Shown: positions 19,097-29,621 of the stretch, piece after piece
Layout: each line of letters starts with the position of its first letter
Position numbering within the stretch: position 1 is the stretch's first letter
Program-made: the position numbers and the translations under genes
The notes under the pieces: generated by a model
Told to the model about the DNA's origin: nothing
The model's database searches: none
What the model saw: only the letters and a program-made list of their open reading frames with translations
From: a bacterium
GTDB taxonomy: Bacteria; UBA8248
NCBI GenBank assembly: GCA_965213685.1
Contig: CBDBZY010000040.1
Location: 1-39,115, forward strand
DNA length: 39,115 nucleotides
Direction: 5' to 3'

Positions 19097-20787
19097 TCCG
19101 TCTTTTTCAGGAACCCGAAGTCGCAGCCCTCGGGTGCCTGGAGCACGTTTTCCACAAACAGCTTGCCGTAGCCCCTGTCGTAGGGAAGCGGCCTCGGCCG
19201 CCACGCGGCCCGGCGGTGCTCGAGCTCCGCATCCCCCACGAGCAGGTCGATTTTCCGGCGGGGAACGTCGAGGGCGATCATATCCCCGTCCTGAACCAGG
19301 GCGAGGGGGCCTCCGGCGGCCGCCTCGGGTGCTGCGTGCAGCACGATGGTTCCCGACGCCGTTCCGCTCATGCGCGCGTCCGAGACGCGAACGACGTCCC
19401 GCACGCCCGCTTCCAGCAATTTTTTGGGGATGGGAAGGGAGCCGGCCTCCGGAAACCCGGGCGCGCCGACGGGGCCGGCGTTCTGCAGGACGAAGACGCT
19501 GTCGGCCGTCGCGGGGAGGTCGGGGTCGTCGATGCGCTCGATCAGGTCTTGCTGCGATGAGAAGACGACGGCGGGCCCCGTATGCGTCAGCATCCCGGGG
19601 CTGGCCGCCGAAATCTTGATGACCGCACCATCGGGAGCGAGGGAGCCCTGGAGGATGACGAGGCCCCCCTCCTCCGAGATGGGTTTTTCTCTGGCGTAGA
19701 TGACGTCCTGCCACGCCTGTGCCCTGGGGACGTTCGAGAGGTTTTGCGCCACGGTTTCTCCCGTCACCGTGATGCAGTCCCCGTGAAGGAGGGGTTCGAG
19801 TTCTTTCATCACCACCGGAATGCCGCCCGCCGCAGCGAGGTCCTCCATCAGATATTTCTTCCCCGATGGGCGGACGTTTCCGAGCATCGGCGTCGTCCGG
19901 GAGATTTCATCGAACAGGGAGAGGGGCAGGTCGACGCCGAGGCGCCCGGCGATCGCCGGCAGGTGCACCACGGCGTTCGTGGAGCCGCCAACGGCCATGA
20001 GCACGCGAATGGCGTTTTCAAACGCCTCCCGCGTCATAATTTGGTCGGGCGTCAGGTTGTTTTCGATCAGCGCGGTGATGCGCCGCCCGCTTTGCTCCGC
20101 CAGGCGGATGCGATTCGAGTTCACCGCCGGAACGGCGGCCAGTCCGGGGAGCATCATGCCCATCGCCTCGGTGAGGGACGCCATGGTGCTCGCCGTCCCC
20201 ATCACCATGCAGGTTCCGGCGGAGGGGAAGAGCGCGCCCTGCGCCTCCTCGAGCCGCGCGCCGTCGAGTTTCCCCGCCCTGTATTCGCTCCACATGCCGC
20301 GGCAATCCGAGCACGCGCCCAGCACCTTGTCCTCGAACCTTCCGCCGATCATCGGCCCCGCCGTCACGCAAATGGCGGGGATGCCCGCGCTGGCGGCGCC
20401 CATGAGTTGCGCGGGGAGGGTCTTGTCGCAGCCGCCGAGCAGCACCACGCCGTCCATGGGCTGGCCCCGGATCATCTCCTCGGTGTCCATGGAGAGCAGG
20501 TTGCGGAAGAACATGGCCGTCGGGTTGAGGCACATCTCCGCGAGCGAGATGGTGGGGAACTCGAGCGGCAGGCCGCCGGTTTGCCAGACGCCCCGCTTGA
20601 CGGCCTCCGCGATTTCCCGCAGGTGGCGATGGCACGGGTTGAGCTCGCTCCAGGTCTGGGCGATGCCGACGATGGGCTTCTCCAGGTCCTCTTTCGTCAG
20701 GCCCAGCCCCCGCACGTAGGCACCCCTGGCGAAAACGCTGAAGCCCGGGTCACCATAGCTCGTCAGTCCTCTCAAGTGGCCGCGCAT
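19093..20787 (-). CDS. IlvD/Edd-family dehydratase (probably a sugar-acid type)
   Basis: NPCHRHL, GGCDKTLPA, GTCMVMGTAST, GGSTNAVVHL, SDARMSGT. Confidence 0.92.
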   Translation of the reverse strand: MRGHLRGLTSYGDPGFSVFARGAYVRGLGLTKEDLEKPIVGIAQTWSELNPCHRHLREIAEAVKRGVWQTGGLPLEFPTISLAEMCLNPTAMFFRNLLSMDTEEMIRGQPMDGVVLLGGCDKTLPAQLMGAASAGIPAICVTAGPMIGGRFEDKVLGACSDCRGMWSEYRAGKLDGARLEEAQGALFPSAGTCMVMGTASTMASLTEAMGMMLPGLAAVPAVNSNRIRLAEQSGRRITALIENNLTPDQIMTREAFENAIRVLMAVGGSTNAVVHLPAIAGRLGVDLPLSLFDEISRTTPMLGNVRPSGKKYLMEDLAAAGGIPVVMKELEPLLHGDCITVTGETVAQNLSNVPRAQAWQDVIYAREKPISEEGGLVILQGSLAPDGAVIKISAASPGMLTHTGPAVVFSSQQDLIERIDDPDLPATADSVFVLQNAGPVGAPGFPEAGSLPIPKKLLEAGVRDVVRVSDARMSGTASGTIVLHAAPEAAAGGPLALVQDGDMIALDVPRRKIDLLVGDAELEHRRAAWRPRPLPYDRGYGKLFVENVLQAPEGCDFGFLKKTD

Positions 20788-20956
20788 GTTGACATGTCTC
20801 CCGTGGGTGTGGTGTTTTCGCGTATGCACGGCGCATCATTCCCCATCGGTCGTGGATGGGCAAGCGGATTCTGGCCGCATCTTTCGGGGCGGCTTTCGCC
20901 CGCAGGCCAAACAGGGTAGGTTGGATGAACTTTCCGGACGATAGCGGGGTGGGGAC

Positions 20957-21535
20957 ATGAAAAGAAAACTCCCGGCATGGATGCGAACGCGAAAGAAGCC
21001 GACGCGCTCGGCGCTCGTTCTGGCGGCGCTTTGCGCGCTGGCGTCGGGCGTCGGGTGTTTGGGGGAGAGGCGCGTCGAACTCCCGCGGGGCCAGGCCAGC
21101 GTCCTCGTGACGAGCGAGCCGGACGGGGCCACCATTATTTTTGACGGCAATCCGCATGGCGCCGCATATGCGAAAAAGCCCGTCGAGATCAAGGGCGTAG
21201 CCTACGGGCGCCATTCGATACGCGCGCAGTTCCCGGGCTACGTCACCCAGGTTCTGGAGGTCGACGTGCGCTCCGAGAAGGTTCCCCTCAAAATGAGGCT
21301 CTCGAAAGGCGGGGAGGGGCGCCTGGTCATCCGCTCGAGTCCATCGGGCGCGGAAGTCTTCATCAACAGCCGGTATTACGGCAAGGCCGATCCGGCACTC
21401 GAGGTGACGACTCTCGCCGCCGGCGAGCATTCGATGTGGCTTCGGCTACCGGGACACCTGATGGAGCGGCAAAACGTCATCGTCGAGAGCAGGCGGGAGC
21501 GGCACTACCAGGTCGCCCTGGACAAGGCGCCGTAG
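20957..21535 (+). CDS. PEGA-domain lipoprotein (two PEGA repeats)
   Basis: Basic N-terminus, hydrophobic stretch and lipobox-like SGVGC; VTSEPDGATIIFDG and IRSSPSGAEVFIN. Confidence 0.8.
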   Translation: MKRKLPAWMRTRKKPTRSALVLAALCALASGVGCLGERRVELPRGQASVLVTSEPDGATIIFDGNPHGAAYAKKPVEIKGVAYGRHSIRAQFPGYVTQVLEVDVRSEKVPLKMRLSKGGEGRLVIRSSPSGAEVFINSRYYGKADPALEVTTLAAGEHSMWLRLPGHLMERQNVIVESRRERHYQVALDKAP

Positions 21536-21710
21536 TCCGTTTTTTCATCGGGCGCCTCGCGCCGCTCCAGCGTCCGGGGCTACCCTCTCGCCTCGGACGA
21601 CGGCTTGCTCCGTGGCGGAGATGTCTTTATCCTGATGCGCGGACGCCGAAGGGCTGGTTGATGCTCCTTATCGACGCACGTCGCCTGTGCGGGTACAGGA
21701 GGGTGAGGGG

Positions 21711-22817
21711 ATGTCCACCGAATACATATGGGCGCTTTGCTCCCACAGGGCGGGCGACGGGGCGCAGGTGAACCAGAAGACGCCGGATCGTCCCGCCACC
21801 CTGGAGTATCTCGCGCAGGTGACGACCGCCGCCGAGGAGGCCGGCTTCGCCAACATCCTCGTGCCGTGCGGCACGCACTGCATCGATGCGTGGACGACGG
21901 CTGGCGCCCTGTCGAGCCGAACGAAAAAGATACGGTTTCTGGTGGCTTTCCGGCCCGGAATCACCGGGCCGGTGTATGCGGCCCAGCAGGCGAACAGCCT
22001 CGATTATCTGACGGGCGGGCGCTGCACGCTGAACGTGGTGACGGGCAGCACGCCCGTGGACCAGAAAAGATACGGGGATTTCCTGCCGCACGACGATCGC
22101 TATGCGCGCACGGCGGAGTTTCTCGACGTCGTGCGGAGGCTCTGGCGGTCGGATGGCCCTGTCGATTACAAGGGAGAATTCTTTGAGATCGAGCGGGCGT
22201 CCATCTTCCCCGACAGGGTGACGAAGCCCCACCCGGCGGTGTTCCTCGCGGGCAGCTCGGACGCGGGCAAGCGGGTGGCGTGGGAGCACGGGGACGTGCA
22301 CGTGATGTACGCCGCCGAGCCCGAGGTGATTGCGAAAGATGTCGAGGAGGGCGTCGCGCGGTCGCAGGAATATGCGCGCGCGCGTCCGCTGCGCTACGGC
22401 ATCCGCCACCTGGTCTGCGTGCGAGAGACGAAAAAGGAGGCGGTGCGCGCCGCCGAGGCGCTCATCGAGGAGAGCGACATCTCGAACACGGGCACCTGGG
22501 CCGACATGAAGAACAACACCGAATCCACCGGCCAGATGCGCGTCAACGAGATGGGCTCCCGGGAGAGCCTGTGGCTTACCGACACGATCTGGATGGGGGT
22601 GAACAGGGTGCGCGGCGGTGCGGGGACGATGTTCGTCGGCACGCCGGATATGGTCGCGGGCGTGATTCGCGAGTATTACGACGCGGGCGTGCGGCACTTC
22701 ATCATGAACGGATGGCCGCACAGGGAGGAGGCGGAAATTTTCGGCAGGGAGGTTCTGCCGCTTCTCCGGGATACGAACCCCGTCGTCCTGCCCGACCCCG
22801 CTGGCGTCGCCGCGTAA
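21711..22817 (+). CDS. LLM-class flavin-dependent monooxygenase (SsuD-like)
   Basis: AAEEAGF..L.P.G, RFLVAFRPG, GGRCTLNVVTG, RYARTAEFL, AGSSDAG, EAEIFGREVLPLL. Confidence 0.88.
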   Translation: MSTEYIWALCSHRAGDGAQVNQKTPDRPATLEYLAQVTTAAEEAGFANILVPCGTHCIDAWTTAGALSSRTKKIRFLVAFRPGITGPVYAAQQANSLDYLTGGRCTLNVVTGSTPVDQKRYGDFLPHDDRYARTAEFLDVVRRLWRSDGPVDYKGEFFEIERASIFPDRVTKPHPAVFLAGSSDAGKRVAWEHGDVHVMYAAEPEVIAKDVEEGVARSQEYARARPLRYGIRHLVCVRETKKEAVRAAEALIEESDISNTGTWADMKNNTESTGQMRVNEMGSRESLWLTDTIWMGVNRVRGGAGTMFVGTPDMVAGVIREYYDAGVRHFIMNGWPHREEAEIFGREVLPLLRDTNPVVLPDPAGVAA

Positions 22818-22829
22818 GCCGCAAGTCGG

Positions 22830-23373
22830 ATGGCGGCCCCCCTACATTCTCGTCTTCGGCGGCAGCCGCAGGCCGCGGAACAACACCGACAAGGCGCTGG
22901 CGGTCGTCCTCGATGCGCTGCAAAAGGGTGATTTCGAGATCGTCCGCGTCCATCTGGGCGAGCTGGACTTGCCCCTGCCCGGGGCGCCGAGCGACTCTGG
23001 GGACCCGGAGGCGCTGCGGGAGCTGGTGGCGGGGGCGGAGGGAATCCTCATCGCCACGCCGGAGTACCACGGCAGCATCAGCAGCACGCTCAAACTGGCG
23101 ATAGACAACCTGGGCTACCCCTCCACGTTCGCGGGAAAGACGATAGCCATACTCGGCGTGGCGATGGGGCCAAGCGCCGACGGCGCCCTCGCGCACCTCC
23201 GGCACATCCTCACGCATATCGGCGGGGAGGTTCTGCCCGGAGGGGCCTCCATCGGAGATGTCCACAAGGTGTTCGACGAGGACGGGCGGTGCGTGGACGA
23301 GGCGGCGGCGGCCTCCATCCGCGGCGTCGCCGCCCGCCTGCTCGCGCGTCTCGAACGATCAAAATCCCCCTAG
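22830..23373 (+). CDS. NADPH-dependent FMN reductase; apparent +1 frameshift in C6 at 22837-22842
   Basis: ATPEYHGSISSTLKLAID; the same frame upstream reads YILVFGGSRRPRNNT and joins ATG 22830 if one C is removed. Confidence 0.85.
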
Positions 23374-23381
23374 GAAGAAAA

Positions 23382-24149
23382 GTGTCCGGCCCCGGTGTGC
23401 GGTTTCTGTCCCGTCCGGGCGGTGCTTCGCTCGCGTATTTCCGACTGGAGGGGAAATCTCCCGGCTTGATGTTCCTCGGCGGTTTCCGCTCGGACATGAG
23501 CGGAACGAAGGCGGGTGCGCTTGAATCGCATTGCCGAGGCGTGGGGCGCGCCTACGTCCGGTTCGACTACGGGGGACACGGGGAGTCTTCCGGAAGGTTC
23601 GAGGAGGGGACGATAGGGGCGTGGGCGGAGGACGCCCTCGCCGTGCTGGATCGCGTCGCCCGGGGCCCGCAGGTGCTCGTCGGCTCGAGCATGGGGGGGT
23701 GGATCATGCTGCTGGCCGCCCTGGCCCGGCCCGAGCGCGTGGCGGGCCTCGTGGGGGTGGCGGCGGCGCCTGACTTCACGGAGGATTTGATGCGGGGCCG
23801 GCTCAGCGACGCCACGAGCGAGCAGCTGCGCGAGCGGGGATACTTCATGCGCGACTCCGACGACGGCGAGGCGCCCTACCCCGTCACCCGGAAACTCCTG
23901 GAGGAGGGGGCGAACCATCTCCTCCTGCGCGGTGCGGTTCGGTTGACGCGCCCCGTTCGCCTCATTCACGGAATGCGCGACGAGAGTGTCCCGTGGGAGG
24001 TCTCCCTGCGCCTGGCGAACGCCCTCGAAGGCGACGACGTGCGCCTCACGCTCATCAAGGACGGGGAGCACCGGCTTTCGAGGCCTGCGGACATTGCGCT
24101 CATCGCCTCCACCGCCGAGGGGCTGGCCGAGGCGGGAGGCGCACGATGA
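23382..24149 (+). CDS. Alpha/beta hydrolase (ABHD10-like)
   Basis: FLGGFRSDMSGTKA, RFDYGGHGES, GSSMGG, HGMRD, DGEHRLSR; GTG start inferred. Confidence 0.88.
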   Translation: MSGPGVRFLSRPGGASLAYFRLEGKSPGLMFLGGFRSDMSGTKAGALESHCRGVGRAYVRFDYGGHGESSGRFEEGTIGAWAEDALAVLDRVARGPQVLVGSSMGGWIMLLAALARPERVAGLVGVAAAPDFTEDLMRGRLSDATSEQLRERGYFMRDSDDGEAPYPVTRKLLEEGANHLLLRGAVRLTRPVRLIHGMRDESVPWEVSLRLANALEGDDVRLTLIKDGEHRLSRPADIALIASTAEGLAEAGGAR

Positions 24150-24186
24150 GGAACCCTGCGGCGGTGTGGCGGTGTGGGTGCGCCGG

Positions 24187-24828
24187 CTATAGCTGGGTGG
24201 TTTCGGAATCGAATTTCAGGTGCCTGATGCCCAGGATCATCCCGACCGTGCGCACGATGATCCACAGGTCCTTCCACAGGGAGGCTTCTTGCAGATAGGC
24301 GATGTCTATCTCCAGTTGCCGGGGCAGAATTTTTTCCAGGTACGTCTTTTCCGCATCTTCCGGGTCGCCCTGGTTGAGCAGGTCTTCGCCCTGGGAAAGG
24401 TAAAACAGCGTTCCGGGACTCGTCAGCCCGGGCCGAACCTCGAGAGATTTCCGGTAGAGAGACATGTCGCATCGGTTTTTGATTTCGGAAATTCTTGGCC
24501 TCGGGCCGACAATGGACATGTCGCCTCTGAGCACGTTGAGGAGTTGGGGCAATTCGTCTATCTTGAAATGACGCAACCACCGCGCCCCTGGAAAAACCTG
24601 GCCGTCTTTCCTGTTCGAAATGATATGGAGCGATGTGTTCTGGTACATGGTGCGGAATTTGAACATCGTGAAGATGCGCCCTCGCAGTCCCAGCCGACGG
24701 GACCGGAAGAATATCGGCCCCGGATTGCGAAGATATATCACCAAAGCCGCCACCAGCATCAGCGGGGAGGTGAGCGTCAGCAATACGCTGGCTAGCAAGA
24801 TGTCGAAGAGGCGCTTTCCCGCTGTCAT
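24187..24828 (-). CDS. Bacterial sugar transferase (undecaprenyl-phosphate phosphoglycosyl transferase family)
   Basis: KRLFDI, FKFRTM, IDELPQLLNVLRGDMSIVGPRP, RPGLT. Confidence 0.93.
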   Translation of the reverse strand: MTAGKRLFDILLASVLLTLTSPLMLVAALVIYLRNPGPIFFRSRRLGLRGRIFTMFKFRTMYQNTSLHIISNRKDGQVFPGARWLRHFKIDELPQLLNVLRGDMSIVGPRPRISEIKNRCDMSLYRKSLEVRPGLTSPGTLFYLSQGEDLLNQGDPEDAEKTYLEKILPRQLEIDIAYLQEASLWKDLWIIVRTVGMILGIRHLKFDSETTQL

Positions 24829-24899
24829 GAACCTTCATCCATCCTCTGCTTCGAACGCGCTGCGGCTCCTGCCGGCGTCCGGATCATGCGCGCGCCGGG

Positions 24900-26669
24900 C
24901 TAGCGTACATCCTCTGCGTCCGTCTTGGCGGCGGTGCTGACAAATCCCCTCCGCCGGAGTTCTTCCACGATGTGTCGGGCGTTGTCCTCGGCGCTGCGGA
25001 CGAGGGTCTCGATTTCCAGGTCCGGGTCTGTCGGCGCCTCGTAGGGGTCGTCGATGCCCGTGAAGTTCCGGATTTCCCCCCTGCGGGCCTTCGCGTACAT
25101 CCCCTTGCTGTCGCGCCGCTCGCACACGTCGAGCGGGGTGTTGACGAAAACCTCCACGAAGTTCTCGGCGCCGACCATGTTGCGCACGGAGTCGCGCGTC
25201 CCCCGATACGGACTCACCGCCGCGCAGACGGCGATGCCGCCCGCCCGGGCAATCTCGGAAGCCACGAACCCGATGCGCAGAACGTTTGTGTTCCTGTCCT
25301 CCCTGCTGAATCCGAGCCCCTTCGAGAGGTGCGTGCGGACGACGTCGCCGTCCAGCACCGTCACGTGCCGTCCCAGCTCCATGAGCAGCACGGTGAGGAC
25401 TTCGGCGGTCGTGGACTTGCCGGACCCGCTGAGTCCGGTGAACCAGACGCAGACGCCCTGTTTGTGGCGCGGCGGATAGCTGGCCGCGAGAATCTCGGCC
25501 ACCTCGGGGCGGGTGAACCATTCGGGCAGCTTCTTGCCGTTGTTCAGGTATTCCTCGCGGACCTGGGTTCCCGAGATGGACGCGGTCGCCGTTCCGGCGG
25601 GGACCCTGGAGGCCTCCTCGTAGCAGTCCTTCTCCGGGATGTAGACGAGCTCCTGGAAGGGAACGACCCGGACTCCGAGCTCCTCGCTGTGTTCCTGCAC
25701 CTGTTCCTGCGCGTCATACGGCCCATAGAAGGGCCTGCCGGAAGAATCGGCGCCCGGCCCCGCGTGGTCCCTGCCCACGATCAGGTGGTTCGCCCCGTGG
25801 TTGCGGCGGATGATCGCGTGCCACAGCGCCTCGCGCGGGCCGCCCATCCGCATCGCGAGGGGGAGCAGCGCCAGGATGATTGCGGTCGGGTCGTAGTAGC
25901 GGCTCGCCAGCGCGCGATATGTGCGCACCCGGGTGTAGTGGTCGACGTCGCCGGGCTTGGTGAGGCCGACGACGGGGTGCAGGAGGAGTGCTCCGTCCAC
26001 CATTGCCGCGGCGCGCTTCGTCATCTCTTCATGTACGCGATGCAGCGGATTGCGGGTCTGGAACGCGACGACGTTGCCCGCCCCGATTTCTTCGAGCCGC
26101 GCCCGGCACTGCGAGGGCGTGAGGCGCAGGTCGCGGAAGTCGAAGTGGGGAGGGAGGTCCAGCACCCGTAGCCGCCCCGAGATGTTGACCGACCCCCAGC
26201 GGGCCATCTCCGCGACGAGCGGGTGCCGCTCATCCTCGGTGCCGAAGACTTTCCGCGCAACCTCTCGCCTGTCCCATTCGTAGGCTTCCTCCACCCGCAT
26301 GATCGCGAGGAGCTCGTTCCTGGGCCCGCGCAGGGAGATCTCCCGGTCGAGGCGCACGTCTGCGGGCTCGACGGGGAGGGTGAGGGGAATCGGAGAGAGG
26401 AACCCGTCCGCCGACCGCATCTCCTCGAGGACGCGCGCGTGATCCGCACCGTCCATGAACCTGTCCAGCGGGGAGAAGCCCCCCGTGGCCAACAACTCCA
26501 GATCGCAGGCCGTGCGGTCCGATATCTGGATGGAGGGCAGCCGGCCCGCCTGTTCCTTCCATGCCTCCTTGTCCTCCGGTGATGCGAGAAGGTTCACGAG
26601 GCTTCCGCCGTAGGGTGGAATGGTGGTGCTTTGTGCGGGGTGGGGATTCATGTTTTTCGCTGGTTCCAT
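24900..26669 (-). CDS. sat/cysC: Bifunctional sulfate adenylyltransferase / adenylylsulfate kinase (PAPS synthase)
   Basis: GGFSPL, FQTRNPLHRVH, GPREALWHAIIRRN, VGRDHAG, ISGT; kinase WFTGLSGSGKST, LDGDVVR, FTGIDDPYE. Confidence 0.96.
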   Translation of the reverse strand: MEPAKNMNPHPAQSTTIPPYGGSLVNLLASPEDKEAWKEQAGRLPSIQISDRTACDLELLATGGFSPLDRFMDGADHARVLEEMRSADGFLSPIPLTLPVEPADVRLDREISLRGPRNELLAIMRVEEAYEWDRREVARKVFGTEDERHPLVAEMARWGSVNISGRLRVLDLPPHFDFRDLRLTPSQCRARLEEIGAGNVVAFQTRNPLHRVHEEMTKRAAAMVDGALLLHPVVGLTKPGDVDHYTRVRTYRALASRYYDPTAIILALLPLAMRMGGPREALWHAIIRRNHGANHLIVGRDHAGPGADSSGRPFYGPYDAQEQVQEHSEELGVRVVPFQELVYIPEKDCYEEASRVPAGTATASISGTQVREEYLNNGKKLPEWFTRPEVAEILAASYPPRHKQGVCVWFTGLSGSGKSTTAEVLTVLLMELGRHVTVLDGDVVRTHLSKGLGFSREDRNTNVLRIGFVASEIARAGGIAVCAAVSPYRGTRDSVRNMVGAENFVEVFVNTPLDVCERRDSKGMYAKARRGEIRNFTGIDDPYEAPTDPDLEIETLVRSAEDNARHIVEELRRRGFVSTAAKTDAEDVR

Positions 26670-27067
26670 TTCTTATCGGAGCGGAAGATGGATGTTAGCA
26701 TATCACCAGTCGCATGCCGAGGAGAAGGGAAGCCCGGAGGGGCTCCGCAGAGTACGGCGTCCCCCCACCCCTTCCGTCCTCGGGACTCGCAAGTTTCGCG
26801 GGAGGTCAATCCTATAGCCTAAAAAACGGTATTTGCCAACATCGCCGCAAGGTTTGATTCCGGCACCGCGCGGGCACCGCTCCGTGTATCGCCTCCGCAC
26901 GCGCAAGCGGGATGGTTTCCCCCTCCCACCCTCATGCCCAGACCCGATGGGGTTGCGTATTGACGGACAAAGGTGTAAAGGTTGATGGTTTGAACGGCAG
27001 GCGTGTATTCTGGTTAGGAGTAAAGTCCCCGTCACAAGATAAACTTTTAGGCACATTCATTTTGACG

Positions 27068-28279
27068 ATGCCAATATCGAAAGTCCTTTTCATAGCGCCT
27101 CTAGTTTTCGTCCCCGGGAACACGCTCAGGGTCGGCCTGATGCAGGAGGGAGGCCTTGATGCCGAAGTCATGGGGTATGAAAGGAGGCCGCAGGATCAGT
27201 GGGCGCCCCACGGAGGAGGCTTTCGCGTCAAAGTCATCGGGTATGACAGGGGAGCGTTCGCTGGCCATCTGCCTGATTGCCCGACTACCTCGTTGGGGCC
27301 CATGCAGCCGGGGAACTACCTGAAGCGCATACCAAAGCTCATTCGCTCGCTCCCGAAGCTCCGAGCCGCGATACGGCGCAACGAAGTGGTCTACGCCGTT
27401 GGCGCGGATATGGCGCTCACTTCTTTCATCGCGGGACTGGGATTGGGAAAACCCACCGTATTCGGGGTCATGGACATCCAGGATGTTCAGGTGGACCGGG
27501 GACTGAAGGGCCGAATCGTCCGGATGCTGGACAAGTTCGTCGCGGAGCGCTGTCGGTTTATGGTCCTGAGTTCCGCCGGATACCGTCGCTACTTTCAGGA
27601 CAGGCTCGGAGTGCGCACGCGCTGTCTGGTTATCGAAAACAAGTTGGGTGTCCCCTATGCGACGTGGAGCGAAGAGGACGGTTGGCAACCGGGGCAGGCT
27701 ACCCCTTTTCGGGATCGCCCTATCAGAATCGGCTGGTTCTCGGTGCTGCGAGATAGGTGGTCTATGGAGTTTGTCGAGCGTCTGACCAAGCTGTCGGACG
27801 GGAGATTCCAGGTTGTCCTCGCGGGCAGAGTGCCGCGAAAAATGCGCGACTTCGGCCGGTTCCTTGAGAGAAACCCAAGTCTGGAATACAGGGGGGTATT
27901 CCGTTATCCCGATGATCTGCCGAAATTGTACGGGAGCGTGGACATGGGGCTGGCGGTTTACCCCCCGACGATTCCCAACTGCTGGTCCCGCTCCCATCGA
28001 TACTACGCATCCTGCCTTTTCCAGAAACCCCTGATCGTTCGAGCCGGAACGGGAGACGCCGAGGAGGTGGGGCGTCACCAAATCGGCTTGGTCCTCCGGG
28101 AGAGAAGAGCGGAGGACGCCGCGGAGGAGGCGTGCGCCGCGATCACGGCGGAGGAGTGGTCCCGCTGGCACGCCAATATGGCCGCCTTGCCGCCGCATGT
28201 CCATTCGTATACTTCCGAAGCTGGTGAGCTGGCGGCGGCGATACGGGGGCTGGGGAATCCGCCCGGGAGCAGGGAATAA
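27068..28279 (+). CDS. GT-B glycosyltransferase (ExoL-like)
   Basis: DIQDV, VIENKL, IRIGWFSVLRDRWS, FRYPDDLPKLYGSVD, RYY..C..QKPLI resemble ExoL-type GTs; glycan locus context. Confidence 0.75.
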   Translation: MPISKVLFIAPLVFVPGNTLRVGLMQEGGLDAEVMGYERRPQDQWAPHGGGFRVKVIGYDRGAFAGHLPDCPTTSLGPMQPGNYLKRIPKLIRSLPKLRAAIRRNEVVYAVGADMALTSFIAGLGLGKPTVFGVMDIQDVQVDRGLKGRIVRMLDKFVAERCRFMVLSSAGYRRYFQDRLGVRTRCLVIENKLGVPYATWSEEDGWQPGQATPFRDRPIRIGWFSVLRDRWSMEFVERLTKLSDGRFQVVLAGRVPRKMRDFGRFLERNPSLEYRGVFRYPDDLPKLYGSVDMGLAVYPPTIPNCWSRSHRYYASCLFQKPLIVRAGTGDAEEVGRHQIGLVLRERRAEDAAEEACAAITAEEWSRWHANMAALPPHVHSYTSEAGELAAAIRGLGNPPGSRE

Positions 28280-28283
28280 AGGG

Positions 28284-29621
28284 GTGGCGCCTGGCACGAA
28301 ATCGCCCCTGCTCGCCCATCTGTGCGCGACAGGCAGGGATAAGGCGGCACCCTGGCTGCTCAGCCTGTTTCTCGCCCTGTCTCCGGTCTACTGGCTTCCC
28401 GGCGTCGGCAGGGAGGTTTTGCTGGGCCTGGAATGGAGCCTGTTTCTGGCGGCTTTGGTTCTCGTGTTCGGGACGGAGCTGTGGAAGGGCCGTCTCCTCT
28501 GGCCTGCGGGGGTTCTGGGCCCGCTGGGGTTTGCCGGAATTCTGTTGCTTTGGGCTCCGGGGTTGCTCCAGGCCAAGGGTTCGTTTTGGGTGATCGCGTT
28601 CGTCGCCCAGATGGGGTTTTACCTCTCGTTTTTCTGTTGTTTTTTTCACATCGCCAGGGATGGCGACGACGTGTTCGCCATCTTCCGACGCGCTTTCCTT
28701 CTTGTCGCGTTGCTGGCGGGCGCCGCCCTCGTCCTGTTGGCCTTGGACCAGCGGGCACCCTGCGCATTCGACTCGGTCTACGTTAACGGTTGGGACGTAA
28801 AAAGCACGGGCTGGGGGATTCGATTGGCGTTTTCCGTTCCGGCCGCGGCGCTCTTCTTCCTGCCTTCGCAGGTTCGGCGGCCACCGGCCTGGAAATCCCT
28901 CGCCATCGTCGGGGTTGTGGTTATTATCGGAAGCCAGCTTGTAAGCGGCTCCCGCGGCGGCCTTCTTGCGAGCGTTGTCGCGGTGGGGACGCTCGCCCTG
29001 CTTCGTTCATCGAAGCGGCTGGCGGCGGTCGCAACGCTGGCGGCGATCATCATGGCCGGTGCGATATTTTCGCAGAAACCATGCGAGCGTCCCCTGAAGA
29101 TCGTCAGGCACTTCCTGATCCTGAAATGTATTCTCGAGAAGAACTCTCTTTCGTCCTGTGCTGACCTAGAGAGTCTGTCCGCGTACCGTCTACAGGGATG
29201 GATTTTGGGTCTCGAAAAAATCGCTGAACGCCCCTTCCTCGGGCACGGGTTGCGACAAGTGTCGTATCAGAGTCGCTCCAACAAACCGGTGGAGATTCAT
29301 AACGTCTGGATAAAATGGGCGGCCTACACGGGCGTTCTCGCCCCCGTATGGCTGCTTGTCATGATGGCGTTTATCCTGCGAGCCGGACGACGAGTCTTGC
29401 GGGACGTGCACAGGACGGCGGCGGAGAGGGAAGGGGTTGCCGCACTGAGGAGCGTGGTGGTGGCGGGGCTGCTGTTGGCGATGGTGGAGCCCAACATTCC
29501 CCTGGGCGTTTTTCAGGGCGTCGCCGTCTGGTGGGCGGTTGCGGGTTCCCTCGTCGGGTTCGCCGCTCGTCCCGCTCCGCCTCCGCTTGTGCGCCGGGTA
29601 CATGGAGATCGCATGACATGA
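28284..29621 (+). CDS. O-antigen ligase / Wzy polymerase family membrane protein
   Basis: Many TM segments, SGSRGGLL, R..GW..GL..I.ERPFLGHG, HNVWI...AYTGV. Confidence 0.88.
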   Translation: MAPGTKSPLLAHLCATGRDKAAPWLLSLFLALSPVYWLPGVGREVLLGLEWSLFLAALVLVFGTELWKGRLLWPAGVLGPLGFAGILLLWAPGLLQAKGSFWVIAFVAQMGFYLSFFCCFFHIARDGDDVFAIFRRAFLLVALLAGAALVLLALDQRAPCAFDSVYVNGWDVKSTGWGIRLAFSVPAAALFFLPSQVRRPPAWKSLAIVGVVVIIGSQLVSGSRGGLLASVVAVGTLALLRSSKRLAAVATLAAIIMAGAIFSQKPCERPLKIVRHFLILKCILEKNSLSSCADLESLSAYRLQGWILGLEKIAERPFLGHGLRQVSYQSRSNKPVEIHNVWIKWAAYTGVLAPVWLLVMMAFILRAGRRVLRDVHRTAAEREGVAALRSVVVAGLLLAMVEPNIPLGVFQGVAVWWAVAGSLVGFAARPAPPPLVRRVHGDRMT

